From an uncultured Prolixibacteraceae bacterium (GTDB lineage: Bacteria; Bacteroidota; Bacteroidia; Bacteroidales; Prolixibacteraceae), in contig CAZSIK010000004.1 of assembly GCA_964606515.1 (NCBI GenBank), forward strand, positions 1-32,160: DNA of 32,160 nt, read 5' to 3'. A program made the translations under genes and the position numbers. Under the pieces are notes generated by a model that saw only the letters and a list, made by a program, of their open reading frames with translations, searched no databases and was not told the DNA's origin. Positions 25,640 to 32,160 of the stretch are shown here, piece after piece (positions within the stretch are counted from its first letter, which is position 1; the number at the start of each line of letters is the position of its first letter).

Positions 25640-26341
25640 TTATATACTTGCCAACCTTCTCATCGTAGCCACATCCAGTATTTTGATGCGTCGCCCTTTA
25701 AGTTCAATCAGCCCATCCTGTTTAAATTCCGACAGTAGTCTGATGATGCTTTCGGTGGCGGTGCCAACCATGTTGGCCAGCTCCTCGCGGGTTAATGAAA
25801 TCTGAAGCGTGTTGGAGTCGTCAACATCAAAACTGTCTTTCAGCAAAAGCAGCACCTCGGCCAGTCGTTCGCGAACGGTTTTCTGGGCAATGTCGGTAAT
25901 GTAGTCGTTGGCTTCGCGCAGTTCGCGGCAAAGGATCTGGATCATCCAGTGCGAGAATTTCCAGTTGTTCTGAAGTAGAAATAATAAAGTAGGATATGGG
26001 ATGTGGCACAACACGGCATCGTCGATCACTTTGGCGGTGGTGCAGGCCAGCTCCTGGCTCAGCAACGAACGGAAAGCAATAATATCGCCCTGCTTTACAA
26101 AGCGGATAATCTGTTCCTTACCGTCGATGCCGGTTTTGTATATTTTTAAAATCCCTTTGGTGATACAATAAAAGCCGGTTAGCCGGCTCCCTTCCCGATA
26201 AATCACATTCCCCTTTTTATACGATTGACAGGTTTTGTCGTAATTCAATTTTGCAATCTCGGTTTCGTTCAGGTTTTTAAAAAACTTAAATCCTGAAAGA
26301 TCGGTTTCTTCAGGCGACGGTTTAAAGTTCGAACTTCTCAT
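25640..26341 (-). CDS. Crp/Fnr-family transcriptional regulator
   Basis: A cNMP-binding-like barrel (GNVIYREGSRLTGFYCITKGILKIYK) and a C-terminal HTH (TREELANMVGTATESIIRLLSEFKQDGLIE). The ATG at 26341 is preferred. The ORF-track start at 26455 adds an implausible hydrophobic extension. Confidence 0.85.
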   Translation of the reverse strand: MRSSNFKPSPEETDLSGFKFFKNLNETEIAKLNYDKTCQSYKKGNVIYREGSRLTGFYCITKGILKIYKTGIDGKEQIIRFVKQGDIIAFRSLLSQELACTTAKVIDDAVLCHIPYPTLLFLLQNNWKFSHWMIQILCRELREANDYITDIAQKTVRERLAEVLLLLKDSFDVDDSNTLQISLTREELANMVGTATESIIRLLSEFKQDGLIELKGRRIKILDVATMRRLASI

Positions 26342-26545
26342 ATCATTTTCAATTATTTGGCAATGAAAATTCACATAATACAAAATCCCGATTCGCTGTT
26401 TTGTCCACAAAAAGGATATAAACATTGAGTAAATATAAGAAAACTTGAATATCATATTTAAGGCTAACAGGAAAACAAGATAAAATTTAGCCTTTTCAAC
26501 CTTTTATCGGATGTGTTTGTTATGTGATAACTTTTAAAAAATAGG

Positions 26546-26971
26546 ATGACTATGATTCATGAAACAAAATTAAGTTGGAAAGGCGACATGGCTTTCGAGT
26601 CTGTTATCGATGGCCACTTATTGAGATTAGATGCTTCGGAGGAAGCGGGCGGGCACGACACCGGCATGAGACCAAAAAAACTGATGCTTGTGGCCCTTGC
26701 AGGCTGCACGGCCATGGATGTTATTATGATCCTGAAAAAAATGAAAATCGAACCGGCAGACTTGCATGTTCAGGTGGATGGTCATTTAACTGAAGAGATG
26801 CCCAAACGCTACGATAAAATGAACATTATTTACGAATTTACGGGGGTCAATCTCCCTTTAGAAAAGATAAAGAAAGCCATCGAGTTGTCTCATGAAAAGT
26901 ATTGCGGGGTATCGGCGACCCTACGCGGATCGGTTGAATTGACTTATGAAATCAGATTACTTGAATTATAA
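26546..26971 (+). CDS. OsmC/Ohr-family peroxiredoxin-like protein
   Basis: The two conserved Cys are in the OsmC context (LVALAGCTAMDV and EKYCGVSATL), and the size is about 140 aa. An alternative start exists at 26552. Confidence 0.85.
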   Translation: MTMIHETKLSWKGDMAFESVIDGHLLRLDASEEAGGHDTGMRPKKLMLVALAGCTAMDVIMILKKMKIEPADLHVQVDGHLTEEMPKRYDKMNIIYEFTGVNLPLEKIKKAIELSHEKYCGVSATLRGSVELTYEIRLLEL

Positions 26972-26984
26972 TTATCAACCCTAT

Positions 26985-27023
26985 AAAAAACAAGCCCGGA
27001 AGAATGCTCCTCCAGGGCTTTTT
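26985..27023. terminator. Bidirectional intrinsic terminator between the convergent osmC-like and pheS genes
   Basis: aaaaaac-AAGCCCGGA-agaatgctcc-TCC(a)GGGCTT-ttt. The stem is 9 bp with one bulge. It is flanked by an A-run upstream and a T-run downstream, so it reads as hairpin plus U-tract on both strands. Confidence 0.55.
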
Positions 27024-27060
27024 GCAGTCAATATATAAAGAATGACGCTTGGGCAAATCG

Positions 27061-28080
27061 CTAAAATGCAGGGTGAAACTGGTTGAGGAAGCGAACGTCG
27101 TTCTCGAAGAACAAGCGTAGGTCTTTAATGCCATATTTGAGCATGGCGATGCGCTCAATGCCCATACCAAAAGCATAACCCGTGTATTTTTTGCTATCGA
27201 TTCCACAATATTCAAAAACGTTCGGGTCGACCATCCCACAACCCATAATTTCAAGCCAGCCACTGTATTTACACACATTACATCCTTTGCCCCCGCAAAT
27301 GGAACAACTCACATCCATTTCGGCCGAAGGTTCGGTAAACGGGAAATAGGAGGGCCTCAACCTGATTTCGGTTTTTTCACCAAAAAATTCACGGGCAAAG
27401 CCCAGCAAGGTTTGTTTCAGATCGGCAAACGAAACATTTTCATCTACGTATAAACCTTCAATTTGATGAAAGATACAGTGAGCGCGATAGGAAATAGCCT
27501 CATTGCGGAATACCCTCCCGGGGAAGATGGCCCTTATGGGGGGTTGGGATTTTTCCATCACCCTTACTTGTACGCTTGAAGTATGGGTACGCAATAAAAC
27601 ATCAGGGTCTTTCTCAATGAAAAACGTATCCTGCATATCGCGTGCCGGGTGCTCGGGTGCAAAGTTTAAGGCAGAAAATACGTGCCAGTCGTCTTCAATC
27701 TCGGGCCCTTCGGAAACTATGAAGCCCAGCCGGCTGAAGATTTCTACAATTTCGTTCCGTACAATCGAAAGCGGGTGCCTGCTTCCAGGTTTCATTGGGT
27801 CGCCCGGCAGGGTAAGGTCAAGGCCTTTTGCCCCTGTTTCCACTTTATCGAATGAAGCCTTCAGGTTGTTGATTTTTTCAAGTGCAAAGTCTTTTAACTC
27901 GTTGATTGCGGCACCCACAGCCTTTTTCTGATCTGATGGGACATTCTTGAAATCGTCGAACAATTGCGAAACCAAACCTTTCTTACTCAGATACTTTATC
28001 CTCAAAGCTTCGGCCTCTTCTTTGCTGCTGGCCGAAATTCCGATAATTTCTGCCTTCAGTGCTTGTATTCTGTCTAACAT
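27061..28080 (-). CDS. pheS: Phenylalanine--tRNA ligase alpha subunit
   Basis: Class II motifs are present: PGRVFRNEAISYRAHCIFHQIEG (motif 2) and GYAFGMGIERIAMLKYGI (motif 3). HPARDMQDTFF is also present. Confidence 0.95.
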   Translation of the reverse strand: MLDRIQALKAEIIGISASSKEEAEALRIKYLSKKGLVSQLFDDFKNVPSDQKKAVGAAINELKDFALEKINNLKASFDKVETGAKGLDLTLPGDPMKPGSRHPLSIVRNEIVEIFSRLGFIVSEGPEIEDDWHVFSALNFAPEHPARDMQDTFFIEKDPDVLLRTHTSSVQVRVMEKSQPPIRAIFPGRVFRNEAISYRAHCIFHQIEGLYVDENVSFADLKQTLLGFAREFFGEKTEIRLRPSYFPFTEPSAEMDVSCSICGGKGCNVCKYSGWLEIMGCGMVDPNVFEYCGIDSKKYTGYAFGMGIERIAMLKYGIKDLRLFFENDVRFLNQFHPAF

Positions 28081-28105
28081 AGTTACTGCGTTACAAATAA
28101 AGTCA

Positions 28106-28113
28106 CAAAAATA
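28106..28113 (-). promoter_or_regulatory. Candidate -7 promoter box TAnnTTTG (TATTTTTG on the minus strand) for pheS
   Basis: The plus strand reads caaaaata at 28106-28113, 26 nt upstream of the ATG at 28080 and downstream of the GNAT terminator hairpin. Confidence 0.4.
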
Positions 28114-28156
28114 AAAGAAAAAGTCAGATCAAAAAGCAAACCTGATTTTGATCTGA
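28110..28156 (-). terminator. Intrinsic terminator after the GNAT gene (11-bp perfect stem)
   Basis: TCAGATCAAAA (28124-28134) pairs with TTTTGATCTGA (28146-28156) across an 11-nt loop. On the minus strand it is followed by cTTTTTcTTTTaTTTTT. An 11-bp perfect inverted repeat is not expected by chance in 32 kb. Confidence 0.6.
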
Positions 28157-28172
28157 ATGAAATGCAAAACAA

Positions 28173-28949
28173 TTAATGGACCTCGAATTCCAGCAAACGA
28201 TACTTGCTGATAAAACCGTTTTTCTCGATGGTTTTCTGGGACAAAATATTGTCGATAGCACAAGCCAGACAAGGTTCTCCCCCGATTTGCAGACAACGCT
28301 GGTTTAAATAAGAAATGATCCGCGTGGCAATGCCCTTTCTACGATGGGATTCATCAACCCAAACTCCCAGGTCGTATCCATCGAAATCTTCATGAATACG
28401 ATTAAAAAATCCACTTCCAACCAACGTTTCCCCCTTATAAAAATTAAAAACCGATTGGCTTTCGATCATGGCTTTCAATTCGCTTTTAGGTTCAAAACAC
28501 TCGTCATCCTGGTTCATGTAAAACGGAAGATCGGAGAGGGTCGCCAATTCAACAGTCAATCCATCGAGTGGAAAAACGACATCAAAAACCTTGTCGCGAT
28601 ACATCTTCCCCAACGTTTTATACTTATAGCCCTGTTCAAAACAACAATCGAGAAGATGAGGATCGTATGATTTGCAATAAACTGAGTGAATATTTTGCTG
28701 TTCAACCAATTGTTTAAATATTTCATATGCCAGGGTAACATACTGGTCGAATACAAAAAATTCGAGCAAGGTTTTTTCTTTCGAAACAATTGCATAGCCA
28801 ATTATCTCGTTTTTCAATTCAATTTGAAAATATTCGGCATCGTGATTTAGCAGCTCGAGGTAAATTTCCTGAATACAGGGTAACGACCTGAGGTAGGTAC
28901 GGCGGTATTCAGCCAGATATGGATATTCCACTTGTATCAGTCGGATCAT
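28173..28949 (-). CDS. Tandem-GNAT N-acetyltransferase (degenerate N-terminal half, canonical C-terminal half)
   Basis: The C-terminal half has the acetyl-CoA motif VWVDESHRRKGIATRIISYL (R-x-x-G-x-A) and the following helix. The N-terminal ~125 aa are GNAT-like (IIGYAIVSKEKTLLEFFVFDQYVTLAYEIFKQL) but lack that motif. Confidence 0.7.
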   Translation of the reverse strand: MIRLIQVEYPYLAEYRRTYLRSLPCIQEIYLELLNHDAEYFQIELKNEIIGYAIVSKEKTLLEFFVFDQYVTLAYEIFKQLVEQQNIHSVYCKSYDPHLLDCCFEQGYKYKTLGKMYRDKVFDVVFPLDGLTVELATLSDLPFYMNQDDECFEPKSELKAMIESQSVFNFYKGETLVGSGFFNRIHEDFDGYDLGVWVDESHRRKGIATRIISYLNQRCLQIGGEPCLACAIDNILSQKTIEKNGFISKYRLLEFEVH

Positions 28950-28993
28950 AAATAATCGAATAAAAATTGAAAAGAAGCCATCCAGATAAAATA

Positions 28994-30517
28994 TTATCCC
29001 AGTTTTTCGATGGCCAGGAGAATCCGTTTCAGAGTTTCTTCACGACCGATCATTTCGCAAATTTCGAACAGATCAGCCCCCATCGGCGACCCGACAATAC
29101 ACAAGCGAAGTGCATTCATCACAACGCCAAAGCCCCACCCTTTTTCATTGATGAAAGTTGAAAACGATTCCTTCATCAAAGGTGCTTTCCATTCGCCTTG
29201 ATATAAAGACAAAAATCCATGGATTTTTCCCATCATCTGCGATACTTCGGGATTCCATCTTTTTTTTACGGTCTTTTCATCGTAGCCTTCGGGTGTAACG
29301 AAAAAGTAATGCCCTTGTTCCCATATATCGGGGATAAAGGTGGCCCGCTCTTTCAATAAGGCAACCACTTTTACAACATAATCGCTTTCAGTACGTATCC
29401 CCTTTTCTTGAAGAAAGAGGCTGAATAAAGCGGCAACTTCTTCATTGGGCTTGTTCAGCATGTATTGATGGTTGAACCATTTTGTTTTTTCAGGATCGAA
29501 TTTCGAGCCCGATTTGCCAACACGTTCAAGCGAAAAGGCCTGCGACAATTCATCCATGGTGAAAATTTCCTGTTCGGTACCGGGGTTCCATCCCAGCAAA
29601 GCCAGCATATTGACAAAGGCCTCGGGAAAGTAACCACCCTCCCGATAACCAGAGGCGCTTTCTCCCGAAAACGGGTCGGTCCATTGTAATGGAAAAACAG
29701 GAAAACCCAATTTTTCACCGTCGCGCTTGCTTAATTTCCCTTTGCCCACAGGCTTTAAAATCAAAGGAAGATGGGCAAACCTAGGTGCCTCCCAGGCAAA
29801 ACTGCGATAAAGCAGCACATGCAGAGGCATCGAGGGAAGCCATTCTTCACCTCTGATGACATGTGTAATTTCCATCAGGTGATCGTCGACCACGTTGGCT
29901 AGGTGATAGGTGGGCATTCCGTCGGACTTGAACAGCACCTTGTCGTCGAGCTGATTGGTATTGAAAGTAACTTCACCCCGGATCAGGTCTTCTTCGGTCA
30001 CATCGAGGTTATCGGGCATTTTAAAGCGGATCACGTAAGCGTTCCCCGAATCAAGGATGGCCAAATTTTCTTCGGAAGAAAGCGAAAGTGAGTTTTTTAG
30101 CGATTTCCGGGTTTGTGCATTATAAGTGAAGGTCTCACCCCGCGACTCGAATTCCTCGCGTAAACGTTCAAGTTCTTCAGGGGTATCGAAGGCATAATAA
30201 GCATTGCCATTTTCGATCAGTTGCATCGCGTACTGTTTGTACAATGCCTTTCTTTCCGACTGGCGATAAGGGCGATGCGGCCCACCTTCGCGAATACCTT
30301 CATCGATTGTGATGCCGCACCATTGAAGTGCTTCCATGATATAATCTTCGGCTCCGGGAACATAACGGGTTTGATCGGTGTCTTCAATTCTCAGGATAAA
30401 CACGCCATTGTGTTTGCGGGCAAACAAATAATTAAAAAGGGCAGTCCGTACCCCACCCATGTGCAAGGGACCGGTCGGACTGGGTGCGAACCGCACACGT
30501 GTAACAGAATGGTTCAT
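28994..30517 (-). CDS. gltX: Glutamate--tRNA ligase
   Basis: RVRFAPSPTGPLHMGGVRTALFNYLFA (HIGH-type motif), GKLSKRDG (KMSKS-type motif), and a length and pattern typical of bacterial GluRS. Confidence 0.95.
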   Translation of the reverse strand: MNHSVTRVRFAPSPTGPLHMGGVRTALFNYLFARKHNGVFILRIEDTDQTRYVPGAEDYIMEALQWCGITIDEGIREGGPHRPYRQSERKALYKQYAMQLIENGNAYYAFDTPEELERLREEFESRGETFTYNAQTRKSLKNSLSLSSEENLAILDSGNAYVIRFKMPDNLDVTEEDLIRGEVTFNTNQLDDKVLFKSDGMPTYHLANVVDDHLMEITHVIRGEEWLPSMPLHVLLYRSFAWEAPRFAHLPLILKPVGKGKLSKRDGEKLGFPVFPLQWTDPFSGESASGYREGGYFPEAFVNMLALLGWNPGTEQEIFTMDELSQAFSLERVGKSGSKFDPEKTKWFNHQYMLNKPNEEVAALFSLFLQEKGIRTESDYVVKVVALLKERATFIPDIWEQGHYFFVTPEGYDEKTVKKRWNPEVSQMMGKIHGFLSLYQGEWKAPLMKESFSTFINEKGWGFGVVMNALRLCIVGSPMGADLFEICEMIGREETLKRILLAIEKLG

Positions 30518-30534
30518 AATTGTTTTATTTTTTG

Positions 30535-30542
30535 CAAAGATA
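30535..30542 (-). promoter_or_regulatory. Candidate -7 promoter box TAnnTTTG (TATCTTTG on the minus strand) for gltX
   Basis: The plus strand reads caaagata at 30535-30542, 17 nt upstream of the ATG at 30517 and just downstream of the preceding terminator. Confidence 0.4.
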
Positions 30543-30570
30543 ATCTTTCGGTTTCAGTTTCTCGAAAATT

Positions 30571-30601
30571 AAAAAAATCCCGATGGGGCAACCAACGGGA
30601 T
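30571..30601 (-). terminator. Intrinsic terminator after the phospho-sugar mutase gene
   Basis: The minus strand reads ATCCCG-t-TGG-ttgcc-CCA-t-CGGGAT followed by TTTTTTT. It lies 34 nt after the stop codon at 30635-30637. Confidence 0.65.
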
Positions 30602-30634
30602 CATTTCATTTATTTATTAATGAACTGGATTTTT

Positions 30635-32160
30635 TCAATTAATCAGTTGGTTCATAATCCGGGTGATCTTTTCTTCTGCTTCCAGATCGACTTGTTCAAA
30701 TTCATTTACAGAAGCAAGAGGAAGCGAAACCTCGATATAAAATTTAATTTTGGGTTCGGTGCCTGAAGGCCTGACTGAAACTTTCGACCCGTCTTCAGTA
30801 AAGAATTGAAGAACATCGGAAGTGATTTTTTGGTTGATTTTCTTTTTTTCGCCAGTAATCAGGTTACTTTCACACAGTATTTCATAATCCTTAATCCATT
30901 TTAGGGCTGAACCGCCTAATACTTTCGGAGGATGATTCCTGAATCCATCCATCATTCGGGCAATTTCAACAGCTCCCTGTTGTCCTTCTCTGACGACATA
31001 CTTCATTTTCTCTTTCGAGAAGCCATATTGAACGTAGATTGCTTTGAGCAGATCATAAAGCGACAGTCCCTGATCTTTAGCCCAGGCAGTAATTTCACCC
31101 ATCAACACACAGGAAGAAACTGCATCTTTATCGCGAACAAAATCGGCAGGCATGAACCCGAAACTTTCTTCACCACCCCCGATGTACTTTTTCCCCGGTT
31201 CGTTTTCACGGATTACTTCCGCAATGAATTTAAATCCGGTATAACAATCAAAATATTCAATATTATTTTTACGAGCAATTTCGGCAATCAGTTCAGAAGT
31301 AACAATGGTTTTTACAATATACTCGTTTCCTTTTAGCTTTCCCTGTTTTTTCGATTGGGTGATGATATAATACAAAAACAACAAGGCAGTTTGATTTCCA
31401 TTAATAATGATCCATTCGCCCTGATCGTTCCGGGTGCATACCCCAATACGATCGGCATCAGGATCGGTGGCCATCACCACATCGGCTCCGGTTTCCCTGG
31501 CTTTCTGCATGGCCATGTTCATGGCGGCAGGTTCTTCGGGATTGGGAGATTTCACTGTAGGGAAGTTGCCACTTACCACATCTTGTTCGGGAACATGGAT
31601 CACGTTGCTGAACCCTGCGGCTTCCAAGGCTTGGGGCACAAGTCTTACCCCGGTTCCGTGAATCGGGGTGTAGACAATTTTGAGGTCCTTTTGACGCTTT
31701 ACCACTTCAGGGTTGATCAACACCGAAACAGCTTTTTCGACAAATTTTGCATCGAATTCAGCACCAAGGATTGTAATGTTGTCATCACTGCCATCCCAGA
31801 GGATATCGCTGACATTCACTTTTTTCACTTCTTCAACAATAGCTTCATCGTGTGGGCCAACAATCTGAGAGCCATCGTCCCAGTAGGCTTTATACCCATT
31901 ATATTCTTTGGGGTTATGCGATGCAGTAAGAATGATTCCACTCTGACAACCCAGTTCCCTTATAGCAAACGACAATTCGGGGGTAGGTCTCAGGTCGTCG
32001 AAAAGGTAAACTTTAAAACCATTTGCAGAAAATATTTTGGCTGAAGCCTCGGCAAATTTTCGGCTGTTGTTCCTGCAATCGTGACCAATGGCCACTTTTA
32101 TAATTTTATTATTATTGAACGCTTTCTTAAGATAGTTGGCCAAGCCTTGAGTAGCGGCAC
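30635..32160 (-). CDS. Phosphoglucomutase/phosphomannomutase-family phospho-sugar mutase (N-terminus outside the window)
   Basis: Phosphoserine loop TASHNPKEYNGYK, metal loop MATDPDADRIG and sugar loop GGGEESFGF. The ORF-track 'M' at 32143 is a TTG inside a frame that stays open to the window edge (..AATQGLANYLKK..), so the gene is 5'-truncated here. Confidence 0.9.
   Translation of the reverse strand, partial: AATQGLANYLKKAFNNNKIIKVAIGHDCRNNSRKFAEASAKIFSANGFKVYLFDDLRPTPELSFAIRELGCQSGIILTASHNPKEYNGYKAYWDDGSQIVGPHDEAIVEEVKKVNVSDILWDGSDDNITILGAEFDAKFVEKAVSVLINPEVVKRQKDLKIVYTPIHGTGVRLVPQALEAAGFSNVIHVPEQDVVSGNFPTVKSPNPEEPAAMNMAMQKARETGADVVMATDPDADRIGVCTRNDQGEWIIINGNQTALLFLYYIITQSKKQGKLKGNEYIVKTIVTSELIAEIARKNNIEYFDCYTGFKFIAEVIRENEPGKKYIGGGEESFGFMPADFVRDKDAVSSCVLMGEITAWAKDQGLSLYDLLKAIYVQYGFSKEKMKYVVREGQQGAVEIARMMDGFRNHPPKVLGGSALKWIKDYEILCESNLITGEKKKINQKITSDVLQFFTEDGSKVSVRPSGTEPKIKFYIEVSLPLASVNEFEQVDLEAEEKITRIMNQLIN

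Noticed and set aside
26460-26494. AAGGCTAA-N19-TTAGCCTT followed by TTTT, considered as a terminator or small RNA 3' end
   Set aside because: The stem is AT-rich with a 19-nt loop, it lies inside a divergent promoter region, and it is within chance expectation. I kept it only as a possible operator in the Crp/OsmC finding.
30221-30766. 181-aa plus-strand ORF spanning the gltX 5' end, the intergenic terminator and the mutase 3' end
   Set aside because: It crosses a terminator and two strongly supported minus-strand genes, and it has no recognisable domain.
31355-32044. 229-aa plus-strand ORF (and 30932..31336) antisense to the phospho-sugar mutase gene
   Set aside because: The minus-strand frame carries all the phosphohexomutase signature loops. 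The antisense product is Gly/His/Phe-rich with no known motif.
1-32160. Whole-window search for CRISPR arrays, tRNA/rRNA/tmRNA genes, insertion sequences, integrases, phage or defence genes, and toxin-antitoxin pairs
   Set aside because: I saw no regularly spaced repeats, no T-loop-type GGTTCGAAT motifs in intergenic DNA, no transposase-like or recombinase-like ORFs, and no long terminal inverted repeats. Intergenic regions are short apart from 63-342, 7768-8051, 14169-14392 and 21164-21356. I found no convincing structured RNA in those by eye, but a covariance-model scan would be needed to exclude one.

Overview
This 32.2-kb window looks like a densely packed chromosomal segment of a Bacteroidota genome. 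Three things support that assignment: a type-A T9SS C-terminal sorting domain, the dut-TPR-DUF4292-M23 and HU-CCDC81/SPOR gene contexts, and exact TAnnTTTG '-7' promoter boxes 17-46 nt upstream of several start codons. I call 31 protein-coding genes; the last one runs off the right edge. Reading by eye, I found no rRNA, tRNA, CRISPR array, integrase, transposase or phage genes. Most genes are housekeeping: der, era, pheS, gltX, dut, rnhB, cdd, galE, a phospho-sugar mutase, an adenosine-kinase-like PfkB kinase and a type-2 IPP isomerase. Cell-envelope functions are also well represented: a glucosaminidase with LysM repeats, a SPOR protein, an LD-carboxypeptidase, an EnvC-like degenerate M23 protein, and a GT4 glycosyltransferase paired with a Wzx-type flippase. 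I did not find a convincing defence or mobile system. The best candidate for an uncharacterised system is the minus-strand operon at 4047-7232. It encodes an Fe-S-type Rrf2 regulator, a NapH-like membrane polyferredoxin, a DUF438/hemerythrin/PAS protein and a DUF1858+DUF2249-like protein, with a divergent cupin gene. I infer that this is a self-regulated redox or NO/O2-responsive module. Other points worth a second look are a T9SS cargo protein whose central domain looks ZU5-like and ends in an HFS motif, a 22-nt poly(A) tract, a plus-oriented terminator-like hairpin with no plus-strand gene to terminate, a tandem GNAT gene between two aminoacyl-tRNA synthetase genes, and an apparently truncated hemerythrin-like ORF remnant. 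All family assignments come from motif recognition in the supplied translations, not from database searches. Many ORF-track starts carry spurious N-terminal extensions, and I moved them to internal ATGs where signal peptides or conserved N-termini justify it.
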